Assembly (NCBI GenBank): GCA_038230215.1
Contig: JBBRNR010000001.1
Location: forward strand, 428,498 to 492,497
DNA from: Chthoniobacterales bacterium
GTDB lineage: Bacteria; Verrucomicrobiota; Verrucomicrobiia; Chthoniobacterales; DASVRZ01
DNA: 64,000 nt
Direction: 5' to 3'
In this document: one piece after another, positions 1 to 9,692 of the stretch
Numbering within the stretch: the first letter of the stretch is position 1
How the letters are laid out: each line of letters starts with the position of its first letter
Program-made: the position numbers and the translations under genes
The notes under the pieces: generated by a model
What the model was told of the DNA's origin: nothing
The model's input: only the letters and a program-made list of their open reading frames with translations
Database searches by the model: none

Positions 1-1
1 T

Positions 2-238
2 CCAGAGGAAATCGAAAGCCCGCTGGAGAGATTCACATTCTATTGGAAGTCCGGCAACCAGGTCACCGCCCGGCGCGTTCTCGAGGAAGCCCGCGCGCAG
101 GCGGAGAAATCCGGCAAAAAGTCGCCAGAAATCTGGAAAACCTCCGCATCTTTGGCCATTCACGACGAGCACTGGGAGTTGGCTTGGTCCTGTCTGCAAC
201 GCTATGTGCGAGAATCGGGCCTAGACGCCTCCCTCTGA
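2..238 (+). CDS. C-terminal fragment of an upstream gene (helical, TPR-like), truncated by the window edge
   Basis: Frame 2 is open from the window edge to TGA at 236-238. It reads PEEIESPLERFTFYWKSGNQVTARRVLEEARAQAEKSGKKSPEIWKTSASLAIHDEHWELAWSCLQRYVRESGLDASL. This is protein-like, unlike the Arg/Pro-rich track ORF 43..264 in frame 1. Confidence 0.45.
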   Translation, partial: PEEIESPLERFTFYWKSGNQVTARRVLEEARAQAEKSGKKSPEIWKTSASLAIHDEHWELAWSCLQRYVRESGLDASL

Positions 239-267
239 AAAAGGTAGGTTTCCTGTTCCCCTAACCG

Positions 268-1728
268 ATGGCCCACCGCGACTTTTCCCAGACACGACTT
301 TGCCACCAGCTGCGGGATGGGAAAAAATGGATGCGAGTCACATTGGCCTGTGGCTCGGCTTTTGCGGCACTCGGAAAACTCCACGCCCAGACCGTTTCCA
401 CAGTGCGCGAGGCAGAGTTTCGCTCGCGCTGGACGGATTACCAGGTGGACAAGGCGAAAACAAATTCAGCCCCAGCAGAGGCCGATGTCGCGACCAAGGA
501 ATCGCTCCTGACGAAGTTCACCCAATTTGGCCCATTGGAGTTTCATGGCGGTCTGACCACGGGCTGGGAGTATTCCAACGAAAAATACAACCTTAATAAC
601 CAGACGAACCCGTCGAGCAGCAGTCTTTTTCTCGCACCTTCCCTACTCGCCACCTATGAAAAAAAACTCGGGACGTGGGACATCGGAGCCAGCTACTCCG
701 TGGGCTGGCTTTATTATTTGGACCCAAATTATGTCGGCTCGAATGGCGATGTAACCACTTCGCAAACGGCAAATCTGGCGTTGCTGCGCATGAATGAGCG
801 GGTGACCGTTCGTTCGACCACGAGCGCGTCCTCGGGCACGGGGTTTGACATTCAGCGGGGCCAAGCGACGGACCGGGTCGCGGTCGGGGAAAATTTTTCA
901 GTCGAGTACCGAATCACTGAATACATGCGTACCGGCGTGAGCGGAAACTGGGGCTACGACTCCTACAGCACTCCCGGAAATGTGGCGGGCGTGGGCGACA
1001 GCACTAATTATCGTTATGCCGGCGCTGTCTTCGTGGATAATTTCTGGACAGATAAAACCGCTTATCGTCTGGAACTGTCCGCCGGTTCCGACGTTCAGGA
1101 CAATGGCTCCGCCATCTCAAATGATAGGACTTACGCCCAGGGCGTGGTGCGGATCAATTACGGGCCAACCTCGAAGTTGGCATTCACGGGCAGCGTCGGC
1201 CTAGGCGTGCGCGATCAGACTCAGACCAGCAGCGATTCGCAGAATGGATTGCGGACGGTTTACTCGCTTTCGACCACTTACACGCCGTCTGAAAAGACTT
1301 CCATTCGACTCTATGTCGGCATTGAGGGAGCGGCCAGTTTGCCGGAATTCTCTCTGGCGGTGAACTGGCATCCACGGGAGTTCACCTTTCTGGAGCTTTC
1401 AGTGTATCAGCAGACCGGCTTGTCGAATTTCACCACCACGAACGAGCGTCTCTCGAAAGGCTTTCTTCTCAGCATACGGCAAAGACTTTTTGCCCGGCTG
1501 AATGCAAGTATTAGCGGAGGCTACGAGCAAAACGCTTCCATAATCAACGGTTCGACAACCAATATGGAAGACCCATATTCTTTTGTCGCCCTCGGACTGG
1601 GCTGGCAAATGAACACCCACCTATCCCTCCAGACTCAGATTCGCACTTCTCAAGGCCGTAACTCTCTCGGCACCTTAGCCAGCGGAGAGCAAACCCGCGC
1701 CTCAATGAGTTTAAGTTTGACTTTTTAG
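268..1728 (+). CDS. outer-membrane beta-barrel protein, probably partner of the downstream polysaccharide export genes
   Basis: The 486-aa ORF has alternating beta-strand-like Ser/Thr/Gly/Tyr-rich composition and a terminal ...SMSLSLTF ending in Phe, typical of OMPs. A possible signal peptide starts at the alternative Met at 331 (MRVTLACGSAFAALGKLHAQ). It lies directly upstream of the Wza/Wzc-like genes. Confidence 0.55.
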   Translation: MAHRDFSQTRLCHQLRDGKKWMRVTLACGSAFAALGKLHAQTVSTVREAEFRSRWTDYQVDKAKTNSAPAEADVATKESLLTKFTQFGPLEFHGGLTTGWEYSNEKYNLNNQTNPSSSSLFLAPSLLATYEKKLGTWDIGASYSVGWLYYLDPNYVGSNGDVTTSQTANLALLRMNERVTVRSTTSASSGTGFDIQRGQATDRVAVGENFSVEYRITEYMRTGVSGNWGYDSYSTPGNVAGVGDSTNYRYAGAVFVDNFWTDKTAYRLELSAGSDVQDNGSAISNDRTYAQGVVRINYGPTSKLAFTGSVGLGVRDQTQTSSDSQNGLRTVYSLSTTYTPSEKTSIRLYVGIEGAASLPEFSLAVNWHPREFTFLELSVYQQTGLSNFTTTNERLSKGFLLSIRQRLFARLNASISGGYEQNASIINGSTTNMEDPYSFVALGLGWQMNTHLSLQTQIRTSQGRNSLGTLASGEQTRASMSLSLTF

Positions 1729-1762
1729 CCGTCCCGACCACCATTCCCCACTCTTTTTATTC

Positions 1763-2476
1763 ATGATTGGAAAATTCTTTCTCTCCAGACTTAGTATGCT
1801 GGTTCTCCTCACTTTGGGTTCCCTGCAAACGCTTCCCGCCCAAGACAATGGCGCTCCCCCCTTGCAGCAGCCCAAAGCCACACCCGCACCCTCCGATACT
1901 CCCACGGACACGACTAGCAAAAGCAACGCCACGGCGCAATCAGATGATTTCAGCAACCGGGTGATCAATTCCGCCGCCAACGATTATGTGCTGACCACGG
2001 CCGACACCTTGGAAATGTCCATTTTCCACGAACCGGACCTCGCAACACGCAGCAAAATCAGTAGTGACGGGTCTGTGCAACTTCCACTTATTGGTGACAC
2101 CAAGGTTGCCGGAATGACCGTGCGGGATGCCCGCGAACTGATCCGAAAACTTTACGATGCGCGTTATCTGGTAAAGCCGCAGGTTTATCTCAACGTCGTC
2201 GATTACGCGCAGAAGAAATTCACCATTCTCGGCCAGGTTACCAAGCCTGGGACGTATGAATTGCCCGGCGGTGGCTCGATGAGTCTATTGGAGGCCGTTG
2301 GGGTGGCGGGAGGATTCACCCGGAGTGCGGATCGGGGGAAAGTTAGCATCCAGCGTACCACGAAAAAGGGCCGGGAATCGATCAAGATCAACGCCAAGAA
2401 ACTCTCCGGCGAGGGCGAAAATAGCTTTACCGTGCAACCCGGCGACGTCATCACCGTCGCGGAGAGCTGGTTTTAA
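1763..2476 (+). CDS. polysaccharide export protein, Wza-like (Poly_export + SLBB)
   Basis: N-terminal signal peptide MIGKFFLSRLSMLVLLTLGSLQTLPAQ. The LTTADTLEMSIFHEPDL...DGSVQLPLIGDTKVAGMT...KFTILGQVTKPGTYEL pattern is typical of the Wza/GumB/EpsA family. It sits between an OMP and a Wzc-like kinase. Confidence 0.75.
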   Translation: MIGKFFLSRLSMLVLLTLGSLQTLPAQDNGAPPLQQPKATPAPSDTPTDTTSKSNATAQSDDFSNRVINSAANDYVLTTADTLEMSIFHEPDLATRSKISSDGSVQLPLIGDTKVAGMTVRDARELIRKLYDARYLVKPQVYLNVVDYAQKKFTILGQVTKPGTYELPGGGSMSLLEAVGVAGGFTRSADRGKVSIQRTTKKGRESIKINAKKLSGEGENSFTVQPGDVITVAESWF

Positions 2477-2512
2477 GGCCTTCCCATCCAGAATTTTGTA
2501 AAAGTTAGACTC

Positions 2513-4633
2513 ATGAATAACGAATTGGATAACACCTCAAATCTGGGCGGCGACGGCCCGTCGCAAGGCGACAAACTGGCCGGTTACTATCATGCGGTTC
2601 GCGAGCGCCTCTGGATCGTATTGCTTTGCCTCGTCCTCGGTGCCATCGGCGCAGCGATCAAAGTCGCCATGACCGTGCCGAAGTTCCAGGCGAGGTCCGT
2701 GCTCTTTCTCGAGCAGGAACAAAATAAAGTCTTGAGCAACGTCAAGGACGTCCGCGAGGAGCAGATCGGCAGTCTCGACATGATCAACACCGTTGTCGAT
2801 TTGCTGGGGAGTTACACGTTTGCCGAGCGGGTCAGCAAACGCATCGAGTGGAACGATGACCAGCATCATGCCATCCAAGGCCCAGATATTCCGACCGCCG
2901 GCCAGATTCCGCAGTTGGTCGCCCCGCGTTATCGCAAGGCGACGCGTTTGATCGATATTTTTGTTACCCACACCAATCCGCAGGTTGCTACAGTTCTTGC
3001 CAATGCCTATGCGGAGGAATATATCCGGTATGTCTTTGAGAAACGCTCCGAGGCGAGTAAGAATGCCCGGCGTTATCTCATCGAGGAATCGGAGCGCCTG
3101 CGCGAGAAAATGCGCGTCTCCGAGGAAGCCTTGCAGAATTTCCGCCAGCGGGAAAATTCCCCCTCACCTGAGAAACAGCAAACTCTGCTCGAGGGGAAAG
3201 TCCAGCAATCCACCGCTCAGATCGACCAGCTCGAGGCGACCCGGTTCCAACTCGACTCTGACCTGACTATCGCCCGCGCCAATGTTGGGAAAATCGATGA
3301 ACTGCTCCGCCTGCCCAGCGTCGCTCGCGAGCCGAAAATCGCCCAGCTCAACCAAGCCATCGCCGATCAGGAGCGTGTCATGCTCCTGCTTTCACAGCGT
3401 TACCGTCCGGAGCATCCGAATTACATCGCAAATCAGACTCAGCTCAATTCCTTGATCAGCGACCGCAACACCACACTGCAAAACGTCGTTTCCCTTCTGG
3501 AAACCGGACGCGACCATCTCCAAGCGCAGCTAGACGAAATCAACAAAGACAAAAAAGCCCGTGAGTCCGATCTACTCAACGTCACTGGAAAATCTGTCGA
3601 ATACAACGACCTCAAGCGGGAGCTCGACACCGACCGGCTAATGTATGACTCCGTCCTTAACCGCATGAAGGAAATCGACATGACCACTGGCTTCACCAGC
3701 TCGCCAGTCAACATCCAGGAACGCGCCCTCGGTGCCGCCTCGCTCACGGAAAGTCCGATCAAGGTTTACGCCACAAACATCCTTCTCGGACTCGCCGCCG
3801 GCATCGCCATTGCGTTGGGACTCAATGCCTTGGACACCTCCATCCGCACCGTTGAGGCAGCCGAGGAAATGACCGGACTGAGCGTACTCTCAGCGGTTCC
3901 CATTCGCAAAAAAATATCCGCCGGGGAGGCCTCCAGCATCTTCGACACCGTCACTAATCGCCGGGGATTAATCGCCGAATCCTTCCGGTCGCTACGTGCG
4001 TCACTGGCTTTTTTGTCCGCCAATGAAGTCAAACGCACCTACATGATCACCAGCGCGGTGCCGTCCGAGGGCAAGACTTTTTGCAGTTCGAATTTCGCCA
4101 TCACCCTCTCTCAGCAAGGCCTCAAAACCCTCCTCATTGACGCTGATCTGCGCAAGCCCTCCGTCTCCAAGGTCTTTCTCAAAAAACATGTCAGCCCCGG
4201 ACTCAGCGACGTGCTGGCCCACATGGTTTCGCTGAAGGACGCCGTCATCGTCACCGAAGTGGAAAATCTCACCATTCTCACCGCAGGCAATCACGCCCCC
4301 AATCCGGCGGAACTCCTCGGCACGACACGCTTTAAGGAAATCCTCGATGAAGCCCTGCTGACCTACGACCGCGTCGTGGTGGACACCGCCCCCTGTCTCG
4401 CTGTGAGCGATGCTCAACTCATCGCGCCTTACATCGAAGTCCGCTGCCTCGTCATTCGCTCGATGTCCACCCCGAAACGCACTGTTTTACGAGCGGTCAA
4501 GACTCTCGACGAAATCAATTGCCTGCCGGACGGCATCATCCTGAACTTCCTGCCCACCCGAAGCAGCTACTACTACTCAGGCCGTTACCTCGGCTCCTAC
4601 AGCGGCAAGGGAGTTTACGGCGCGGAGACGTAA
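2513..4633 (+). CDS. polysaccharide co-polymerase / tyrosine autokinase (Wzc/GumC/EpsG family)
   Basis: N-terminal transmembrane segment plus a long coiled-coil periplasmic region. Walker A SAVPSEGKT, Walker A' LLIDADLRKP, Walker B VVVDTAP. C-terminal Tyr cluster SSYYYSGRYLGSYSGKGVYG. Confidence 0.85.
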   Translation: MNNELDNTSNLGGDGPSQGDKLAGYYHAVRERLWIVLLCLVLGAIGAAIKVAMTVPKFQARSVLFLEQEQNKVLSNVKDVREEQIGSLDMINTVVDLLGSYTFAERVSKRIEWNDDQHHAIQGPDIPTAGQIPQLVAPRYRKATRLIDIFVTHTNPQVATVLANAYAEEYIRYVFEKRSEASKNARRYLIEESERLREKMRVSEEALQNFRQRENSPSPEKQQTLLEGKVQQSTAQIDQLEATRFQLDSDLTIARANVGKIDELLRLPSVAREPKIAQLNQAIADQERVMLLLSQRYRPEHPNYIANQTQLNSLISDRNTTLQNVVSLLETGRDHLQAQLDEINKDKKARESDLLNVTGKSVEYNDLKRELDTDRLMYDSVLNRMKEIDMTTGFTSSPVNIQERALGAASLTESPIKVYATNILLGLAAGIAIALGLNALDTSIRTVEAAEEMTGLSVLSAVPIRKKISAGEASSIFDTVTNRRGLIAESFRSLRASLAFLSANEVKRTYMITSAVPSEGKTFCSSNFAITLSQQGLKTLLIDADLRKPSVSKVFLKKHVSPGLSDVLAHMVSLKDAVIVTEVENLTILTAGNHAPNPAELLGTTRFKEILDEALLTYDRVVVDTAPCLAVSDAQLIAPYIEVRCLVIRSMSTPKRTVLRAVKTLDEINCLPDGIILNFLPTRSSYYYSGRYLGSYSGKGVYGAET

Positions 4634-4674
4634 GTCTCTGGTGCGTTCTGAGTTTTCCCCAGCCGCCGCTGAAA

Positions 4675-7167
4675 CTAGAACAGAGGAATCTGTTCCTTGT
4701 CCTCGCGATTTCGGCGGGTGCGCGCTCCGGTTGCAGGTCGGGCCCGACCACCGGCACTGAGTTCGGCCTGCTCCAGGTTGGCCAGAATTTCCTTGGCGCG
4801 ACGGATGATCGTCGGGGGTAATCCAGCCAGGCGAGCCACTTGGATGCCGTAGCTTTTATCGGCGCAGCCTTTTACGATCTTGCGCAGGAAAATGATCTGC
4901 TCGTTCCATTCGCGGACGGCAATGTTGTAGTTTTTCACTCCGCCTCGCCCGGATTCCAAGTCGGTCATCTCGTGGTAATGCGTCGCAAACAACGTCCGCG
5001 CGCCGATCGTGTCGTGGAGAAATTCCGCCACGCTCCACGCGATCGACAGTCCGTCGAAGGTCGAGGTGCCGCGCCCGATCTCGTCCAATATGACCAGACT
5101 CCGCACGGTGGCATTGTTGACGATGTTCGCTGTTTCGTTCATCTCGACCATGAACGTCGATTGCCCTTTCGAGAGATCGTCGTTCGCCCCGACACGGGTG
5201 AAAATCCGGTCCACCAGTCCGATTTCGGCGGACGCCGCAGGGACCCAACTTCCAATTTGCGCCACAAGCACGAGCAGCGCGACCTGTCGGATGTAAGTCG
5301 ATTTGCCCGCCATGTTCGGTCCCGTGATGATGAGTAGCCGGTTCGACTCCAAGTCGAGTAACACATCGTTTGGCACAAATTTTCCATCGACCAAATTCTG
5401 ATCCAGCACGGGGTGCCGACCATCGACGATGTGCAGGCGCCCGTCGTTCGTCAGTGTCGGGCGGCAGTAGCCGAACAACCGCGCCGTCTCCGCCAGCGAT
5501 GCCAGCGCGTCGAGCGTGGAGATCGTTGCCGCCGTGCGCTGAAGTGAGGGGAGTTCCATGAGTATCTGACTCCGCAACTCGCCAAAGAGATCGTACTCCA
5601 ACTTCTTCATCCGCTCATCCGAGCCGAGGATCTTGTTCTCCATTTCCTTCAGCTCGGGAGTGACGTAACGCTCGCCGTTGACCGTGGTCTGCTTGCGCAC
5701 GTAGTCGATGGGAATGGAACCCAAGTTCGCCTTCGTCACTTCGATGAAATACCCGAAGACCGACGTGTAGCGGATCTTCAATGACTTGATCCCCGTGCGC
5801 TCGATCTCGCGATCTTGCAGTGCGGCGATCCAGTTTTTGCCCTCCACCGACGCCACCCGCAGCTCGTCGAGCACGGGATGATAACCCTCGCGGAAAATGC
5901 CACCGTCTTTCAATGCGAGCGGCGGCTCGTCGGTGATGGAGCGGGCCAGCAGCGCGGTCAACTCCGGCAATGGCAGTAGATTTTCCTCCAACTCAAACGC
6001 CAGCCGGTCGCGGTCGCGGTCGCCGAGTTCGGGACGCATCAAGGCTACCAAATGGCTCTTTAACTCCGGGATCTGTTCCAGCGAACAGCGCAGTGCCAGC
6101 ACGTCGCGCGCATTGCCACCGCCCTGCGAAAGCCGACTGACGATCCGCTCGATGTCTCGAATATCGCGCGCTGTTTGCCGCAGTTTTTCTAATAGATAAG
6201 TTTCCTCCAATAAATCGCCGATGAACTGCTGGCGGCGGTTCAACTCCACCAAGTCGCAGATCGGTTGGAGCAGCCATTGACGCAAACGGCGCGCTCCCAT
6301 CGGAGTTACAGTCCTATCTAAAGAGGCGAGCAGCGTGTGCTTGCTGGAAGTGCGCGAGGTTACCAGCTCCAGGTTCATCTGCGTCGCCGCGTCGAGAGCG
6401 ACAATGCCGTCCGTGCGATACGATCCCAGTGTGCTGACGTGGCTCACATTCCGCCGCAGGCTGTGACGCAGATAGTGCAGAATCGCCCCCGCCGCCGACG
6501 TGCCGAGCACGAAATGCGACACGCCAAAGCCGTCGAGCGATTGTGTTTTGAAATGGTCCAGCAGCGTGAAACTAGCGTGTTCCGGGCTGAAGAGAAAATC
6601 CTCCACCGACACGACATTCACCAAGTCCGAGAAATGGTCCAGTTGCGCTTCCGCCACCAGCATTTCCGCCGGATTCACCCGCGCCAGTTCATCGAGCAGC
6701 GACGCCATCGTCACCATTTCAGTCAACCGAAACTCGCCCGTGCTCAAGTCGATCACAGCCAGCCCATAGCCTTGCGCGGAATCGTGCCAGACTGAGGCGA
6801 GATAATTGTTTTTCGCAGAATCAAGGAGATTGAAATCCGATACGGTCCCCGGAGAAATAATCTGCGTGACCTCGCGCTGGACGATCTTGCCGGGTTGCGG
6901 ATCACTCGTTTGCTCACAGATGGCGATGCGCTTCCCGGCTCTGATGAGTTTCGCGATGTAACCCTCCGCTGCATGATACGGCACTCCGCACATCGGCGTG
7001 GTGTGACGTTTCGTGAGCGCCACATTGAGGATCGCCGCGGCCTCCCGAGCATCCTCAAAAAACATTTCATAGAAATCCCCCAGCCGATAGAAGAGCAGCG
7101 TCTGCGGCGGCAGACTCGCGCGTATCTTTTGATACTGCTGCATCATGGGGGTGAGATTTTCCGACAT
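4675..7167 (-). CDS. mutS: DNA mismatch repair protein MutS
   Basis: MSENLTPMMQQYQKIRA start motif, Walker A GPNMAGKSTY, STFMVEM, DEIGRGTSTFDG. I chose the internal ATG at 7167 (MSENLTP); the 30-codon upstream extension of the track ORF is not MutS-like. The C terminus ends in QIPLF, a clamp-binding-like pentapeptide. Confidence 0.95.
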   Translation of the reverse strand: MSENLTPMMQQYQKIRASLPPQTLLFYRLGDFYEMFFEDAREAAAILNVALTKRHTTPMCGVPYHAAEGYIAKLIRAGKRIAICEQTSDPQPGKIVQREVTQIISPGTVSDFNLLDSAKNNYLASVWHDSAQGYGLAVIDLSTGEFRLTEMVTMASLLDELARVNPAEMLVAEAQLDHFSDLVNVVSVEDFLFSPEHASFTLLDHFKTQSLDGFGVSHFVLGTSAAGAILHYLRHSLRRNVSHVSTLGSYRTDGIVALDAATQMNLELVTSRTSSKHTLLASLDRTVTPMGARRLRQWLLQPICDLVELNRRQQFIGDLLEETYLLEKLRQTARDIRDIERIVSRLSQGGGNARDVLALRCSLEQIPELKSHLVALMRPELGDRDRDRLAFELEENLLPLPELTALLARSITDEPPLALKDGGIFREGYHPVLDELRVASVEGKNWIAALQDREIERTGIKSLKIRYTSVFGYFIEVTKANLGSIPIDYVRKQTTVNGERYVTPELKEMENKILGSDERMKKLEYDLFGELRSQILMELPSLQRTAATISTLDALASLAETARLFGYCRPTLTNDGRLHIVDGRHPVLDQNLVDGKFVPNDVLLDLESNRLLIITGPNMAGKSTYIRQVALLVLVAQIGSWVPAASAEIGLVDRIFTRVGANDDLSKGQSTFMVEMNETANIVNNATVRSLVILDEIGRGTSTFDGLSIAWSVAEFLHDTIGARTLFATHYHEMTDLESGRGGVKNYNIAVREWNEQIIFLRKIVKGCADKSYGIQVARLAGLPPTIIRRAKEILANLEQAELSAGGRARPATGARTRRNREDKEQIPLF

Positions 7168-7276
7168 TAACGGAGAGGCTAGGGAAATGCTGGGAAGGTT
7201 CAAGTTGCCAGCGACGCGAGCAAGGACGAATCCACCTGAATCCTCTGCAACTCGCATGGAGCGAAGCGGGTCTGGA

Positions 7277-8305
7277 CTAAAACACCGCCGCCATTGCGGC
7301 CCGCGCGGAATCCATCAGCCCGCGGCCGAGCGGAGTCAGGCGTCCGTGTTCCTCGACAACCTTCCACCCGCCTCGAAAAAACTGCGCGTTGGCCGCACTG
7401 TCCTTTTCCGCCAGTTCGGTTTGACTCGCATCGAGCACTCCAGAATCGAGCAGACGCCGCACGCAACGATACATGCGCGCCGACACATAGGTGGCATGGT
7501 AGATTCCCTCCATGGGCCGTGGATCGATCCGCAAGGGCGATTGGTAGCGCTCGTCTTCGCTGTTCAGTGTGAGCGGTTCCTCGGTTGTCATGCCGAAGAG
7601 AAGATTGTGCGCGCTTTCGTGGGCCAGCATTTGCACGAGTTCGAGCACGCCACCACCTCGTCTCGCATTGAGTAAAATGCCACCCCACATCATGAAACTC
7701 GAGGAGCCATCGAAGGTGAGGGCTGCCGGGTCCATACTGCCACTCGCGAGGGTAATCTCCCGGACGAGTTCGCTGATTTCATTCGCCAAGGCAGGGTCGC
7801 CAGCCTTCATCAGGTCAAAGGCACCCTCGATCAGGGCGCGGCATTGGACCGATTCCTCGGGCCGGGGCGGAAAAATTTGAAAATCGGACCCCGTGTCCGC
7901 GATAAAGAACCGGACATAGCGCGCCGCAGCCTCGTCGTGGCGCGGGTCCACCAGTTCCTGAATGCGCAATCCCCCGGAAAAGGAGGGCAGTGCGATGAGC
8001 TTCTGCCAGAAGCCTCGCGCCTCGGCGTATTCTTCCCTTTCGAGGGCCAGAACAATGTCGAAATAGTAACTAAAGGCCACCGGCGACACGGGCGCGGCCT
8101 CCAAACGACCCAGAAAGGGCTCAATCTCCTGCGGCAAAGTGTCGAGGACTGTCCCAGCCTGCTCCTGAATATGGCGCAGACTGTTGGCCAGCCGCGACCG
8201 CATGAGCTGATCCATCTGCCGGGCGCGCACGGCATCCGGCTCGAAGTCCCATGAGAAATTTCCGGCGGCCATTCTCCGATCCAGACCGGTTTCAGCCGTC
8301 GCCAT
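7277..8305 (-). CDS. HExxH-motif protein, resembling the HEXXH peptide-modification / aKG-HExxH hydroxylase family
   Basis: The 342-aa protein has a single HESAH motif (MLAHESAHNLLF), followed by PMEGIYHATYVSARMY. Length and motif spacing recall the TIGR04267-type HEXXH domain proteins. This is recollection, not a search. Confidence 0.55.
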   Translation of the reverse strand: MATAETGLDRRMAAGNFSWDFEPDAVRARQMDQLMRSRLANSLRHIQEQAGTVLDTLPQEIEPFLGRLEAAPVSPVAFSYYFDIVLALEREEYAEARGFWQKLIALPSFSGGLRIQELVDPRHDEAAARYVRFFIADTGSDFQIFPPRPEESVQCRALIEGAFDLMKAGDPALANEISELVREITLASGSMDPAALTFDGSSSFMMWGGILLNARRGGGVLELVQMLAHESAHNLLFGMTTEEPLTLNSEDERYQSPLRIDPRPMEGIYHATYVSARMYRCVRRLLDSGVLDASQTELAEKDSAANAQFFRGGWKVVEEHGRLTPLGRGLMDSARAAMAAVF

Positions 8306-8313
8306 GGAGGAAA

Positions 8314-8463
8314 TTAGCGAATCTTGAGTCCTTGTTTAGTCCCGATTTTCGAGCCGAGCTTCACCAGGGTTGCGGCGGTCAGGCCTTGGGCGCGATCGTC
8401 GACCACGAGGTTGAAGCCGAGAAGTTTTTTCCAGTCGAGTTGCACTTTGGTCGTTGTATTCAT
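8314..8463 (-). CDS. candidate 49-aa small ORF (possible precursor peptide) just upstream of the HExxH gene
   Basis: Not in the ORF track (under 60 aa). My translation of the minus strand from ATG 8463 to TAA 8316-8314 is MNTTTKVQLDWKKLLGFNLVVDDRAQGLTAATLVKLGSKIGTKQGLKIR. It ends 8 nt before the HExxH start codon on the same strand. No obvious Shine-Dalgarno sequence. Confidence 0.3.
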   Translation of the reverse strand: MNTTTKVQLDWKKLLGFNLVVDDRAQGLTAATLVKLGSKIGTKQGLKIR

Positions 8464-8511
8464 GGGCTCATTTTGCCAAAGCTCTGCCAGCTGTCAATCG
8501 CCAATCGACTC

Positions 8512-9606
8512 ATGGTTTACTTTCTTACGACCCAGACCGGCGCTTTCACCCTCGGAGAGGTGCGCCGGTCGAGGATTCGTCGGCAAATGCGCATCCTGGA
8601 CTACGATTCCGCCCTTCAGAAACGCCATTTCGCGCCCGGCACCTATATCTTTACCGACATCGACCGGCTGCACTACCGCCAGCGCGAGGAAGCTGCCCGA
8701 CTCTATCTGCATCTGCGAAACGAAGGCTGCCCCGTGCTCAACGACCCCGCCCTCGTCCAGACCCGCTACCCGCTCCTGCGCACCTTGCACCAGGCCGGCA
8801 TCAACCAATTCTCCGCCCAGCGTGCCTCCGAGCTCGCCGAGCCCCTGCGCTTCCCCGTCTTCATTCGCAACTGCCATGAACACGGCCGACCCTTCTCCGA
8901 TCTGCTCCACTCCCTCGGCGAAGTCCACGCCGAGATCGCCCGCATCGTACAATCCGGCTGCCCGCGCGAGCACCTCATCGTCGTCGAATACGCCGCCGAA
9001 CCCGTCCGGCCCGGCTTGTTTCTGAAATACTCCGCCTTCCGCATGGGCGGTCAGATCCTCCCCCACACTACCGTCCACGAAGGGCGTTGGCTGGTGAAAT
9101 GGGGCACCATGGGCATCGGAGTCGAGGAAGATTACCTCCAGGAACAACGCATGCTCCTCGCCCAGCCCTATGCCTTTCGCGAAATCTTGGAAAAAGTCTT
9201 CCGCCTGGCCGACATCGAGTATGGCAGGGCCGACTTCAGCCTCTACCAGGGCCAGCCGCAGATCTACGAGATCAACACCAACCCGCACGTCACCGCCCCA
9301 CGCCCGCACCCCTTCCCCACTCGGGAACGCAATCAGGACCTCATCTGGCACGCCTACCTCGATGCCGTGCTCGCGATGGACACTCCGTCCCTCCACGCCG
9401 TCGCGTCGTTTCCCGCAGCCAAAAAACCGTGGAGCCCGCCCCATCCCCTTCAGGAAAAAGCCTCCAAAATCCTGGTGAAACTCCAATTTTGGAACCACTC
9501 CGCCTGTCATTGGGCTGTAACCCGGATGAAACAGCACCAAAAAGCCCTCCAAAAGTATCGCGCCAAGAAAGCCCGCGACCGCCAGCGCCGCTCTGGTCAG
9601 CCCTGA
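8512..9606 (+). CDS. ATP-grasp domain protein
   Basis: I chose the internal ATG at 8512 (MVYFLTTQ...); the upstream part of the track ORF overlaps the divergent genes. The C-terminal ...YGRADFSLYQGQPQIYEINTNPHV matches the ATP-grasp Mg/ATP-binding E-x-N signature. The PVFIRNCHEHG...LIVVEY central-domain pattern also fits. Confidence 0.6.
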   Translation: MVYFLTTQTGAFTLGEVRRSRIRRQMRILDYDSALQKRHFAPGTYIFTDIDRLHYRQREEAARLYLHLRNEGCPVLNDPALVQTRYPLLRTLHQAGINQFSAQRASELAEPLRFPVFIRNCHEHGRPFSDLLHSLGEVHAEIARIVQSGCPREHLIVVEYAAEPVRPGLFLKYSAFRMGGQILPHTTVHEGRWLVKWGTMGIGVEEDYLQEQRMLLAQPYAFREILEKVFRLADIEYGRADFSLYQGQPQIYEINTNPHVTAPRPHPFPTRERNQDLIWHAYLDAVLAMDTPSLHAVASFPAAKKPWSPPHPLQEKASKILVKLQFWNHSACHWAVTRMKQHQKALQKYRAKKARDRQRRSGQP

Positions 9607-9692
9607 AGTCGCCCACCTCACCTCCCCAACGCGCCGGACGCGGCCATCTCACTTATTGCCGCCGGGAGCGGAGTTGGATAGAAATCTCCTCG

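Noticed and set aside
43-264. 73-aa track ORF at the window start
   Set aside because: It is Arg/Pro/Gly-rich and starts with TTG. Frame 2 over the same region gives a far more protein-like C-terminal fragment ending at 238.
9087-9692. Pro/Arg-rich 200-codon extension in front of the aas-like gene
   Set aside because: It overlaps the 3' end of the ATP-grasp gene in another frame and has non-protein-like composition. The acyltransferase domain starts cleanly at MSATLPLL (9693).
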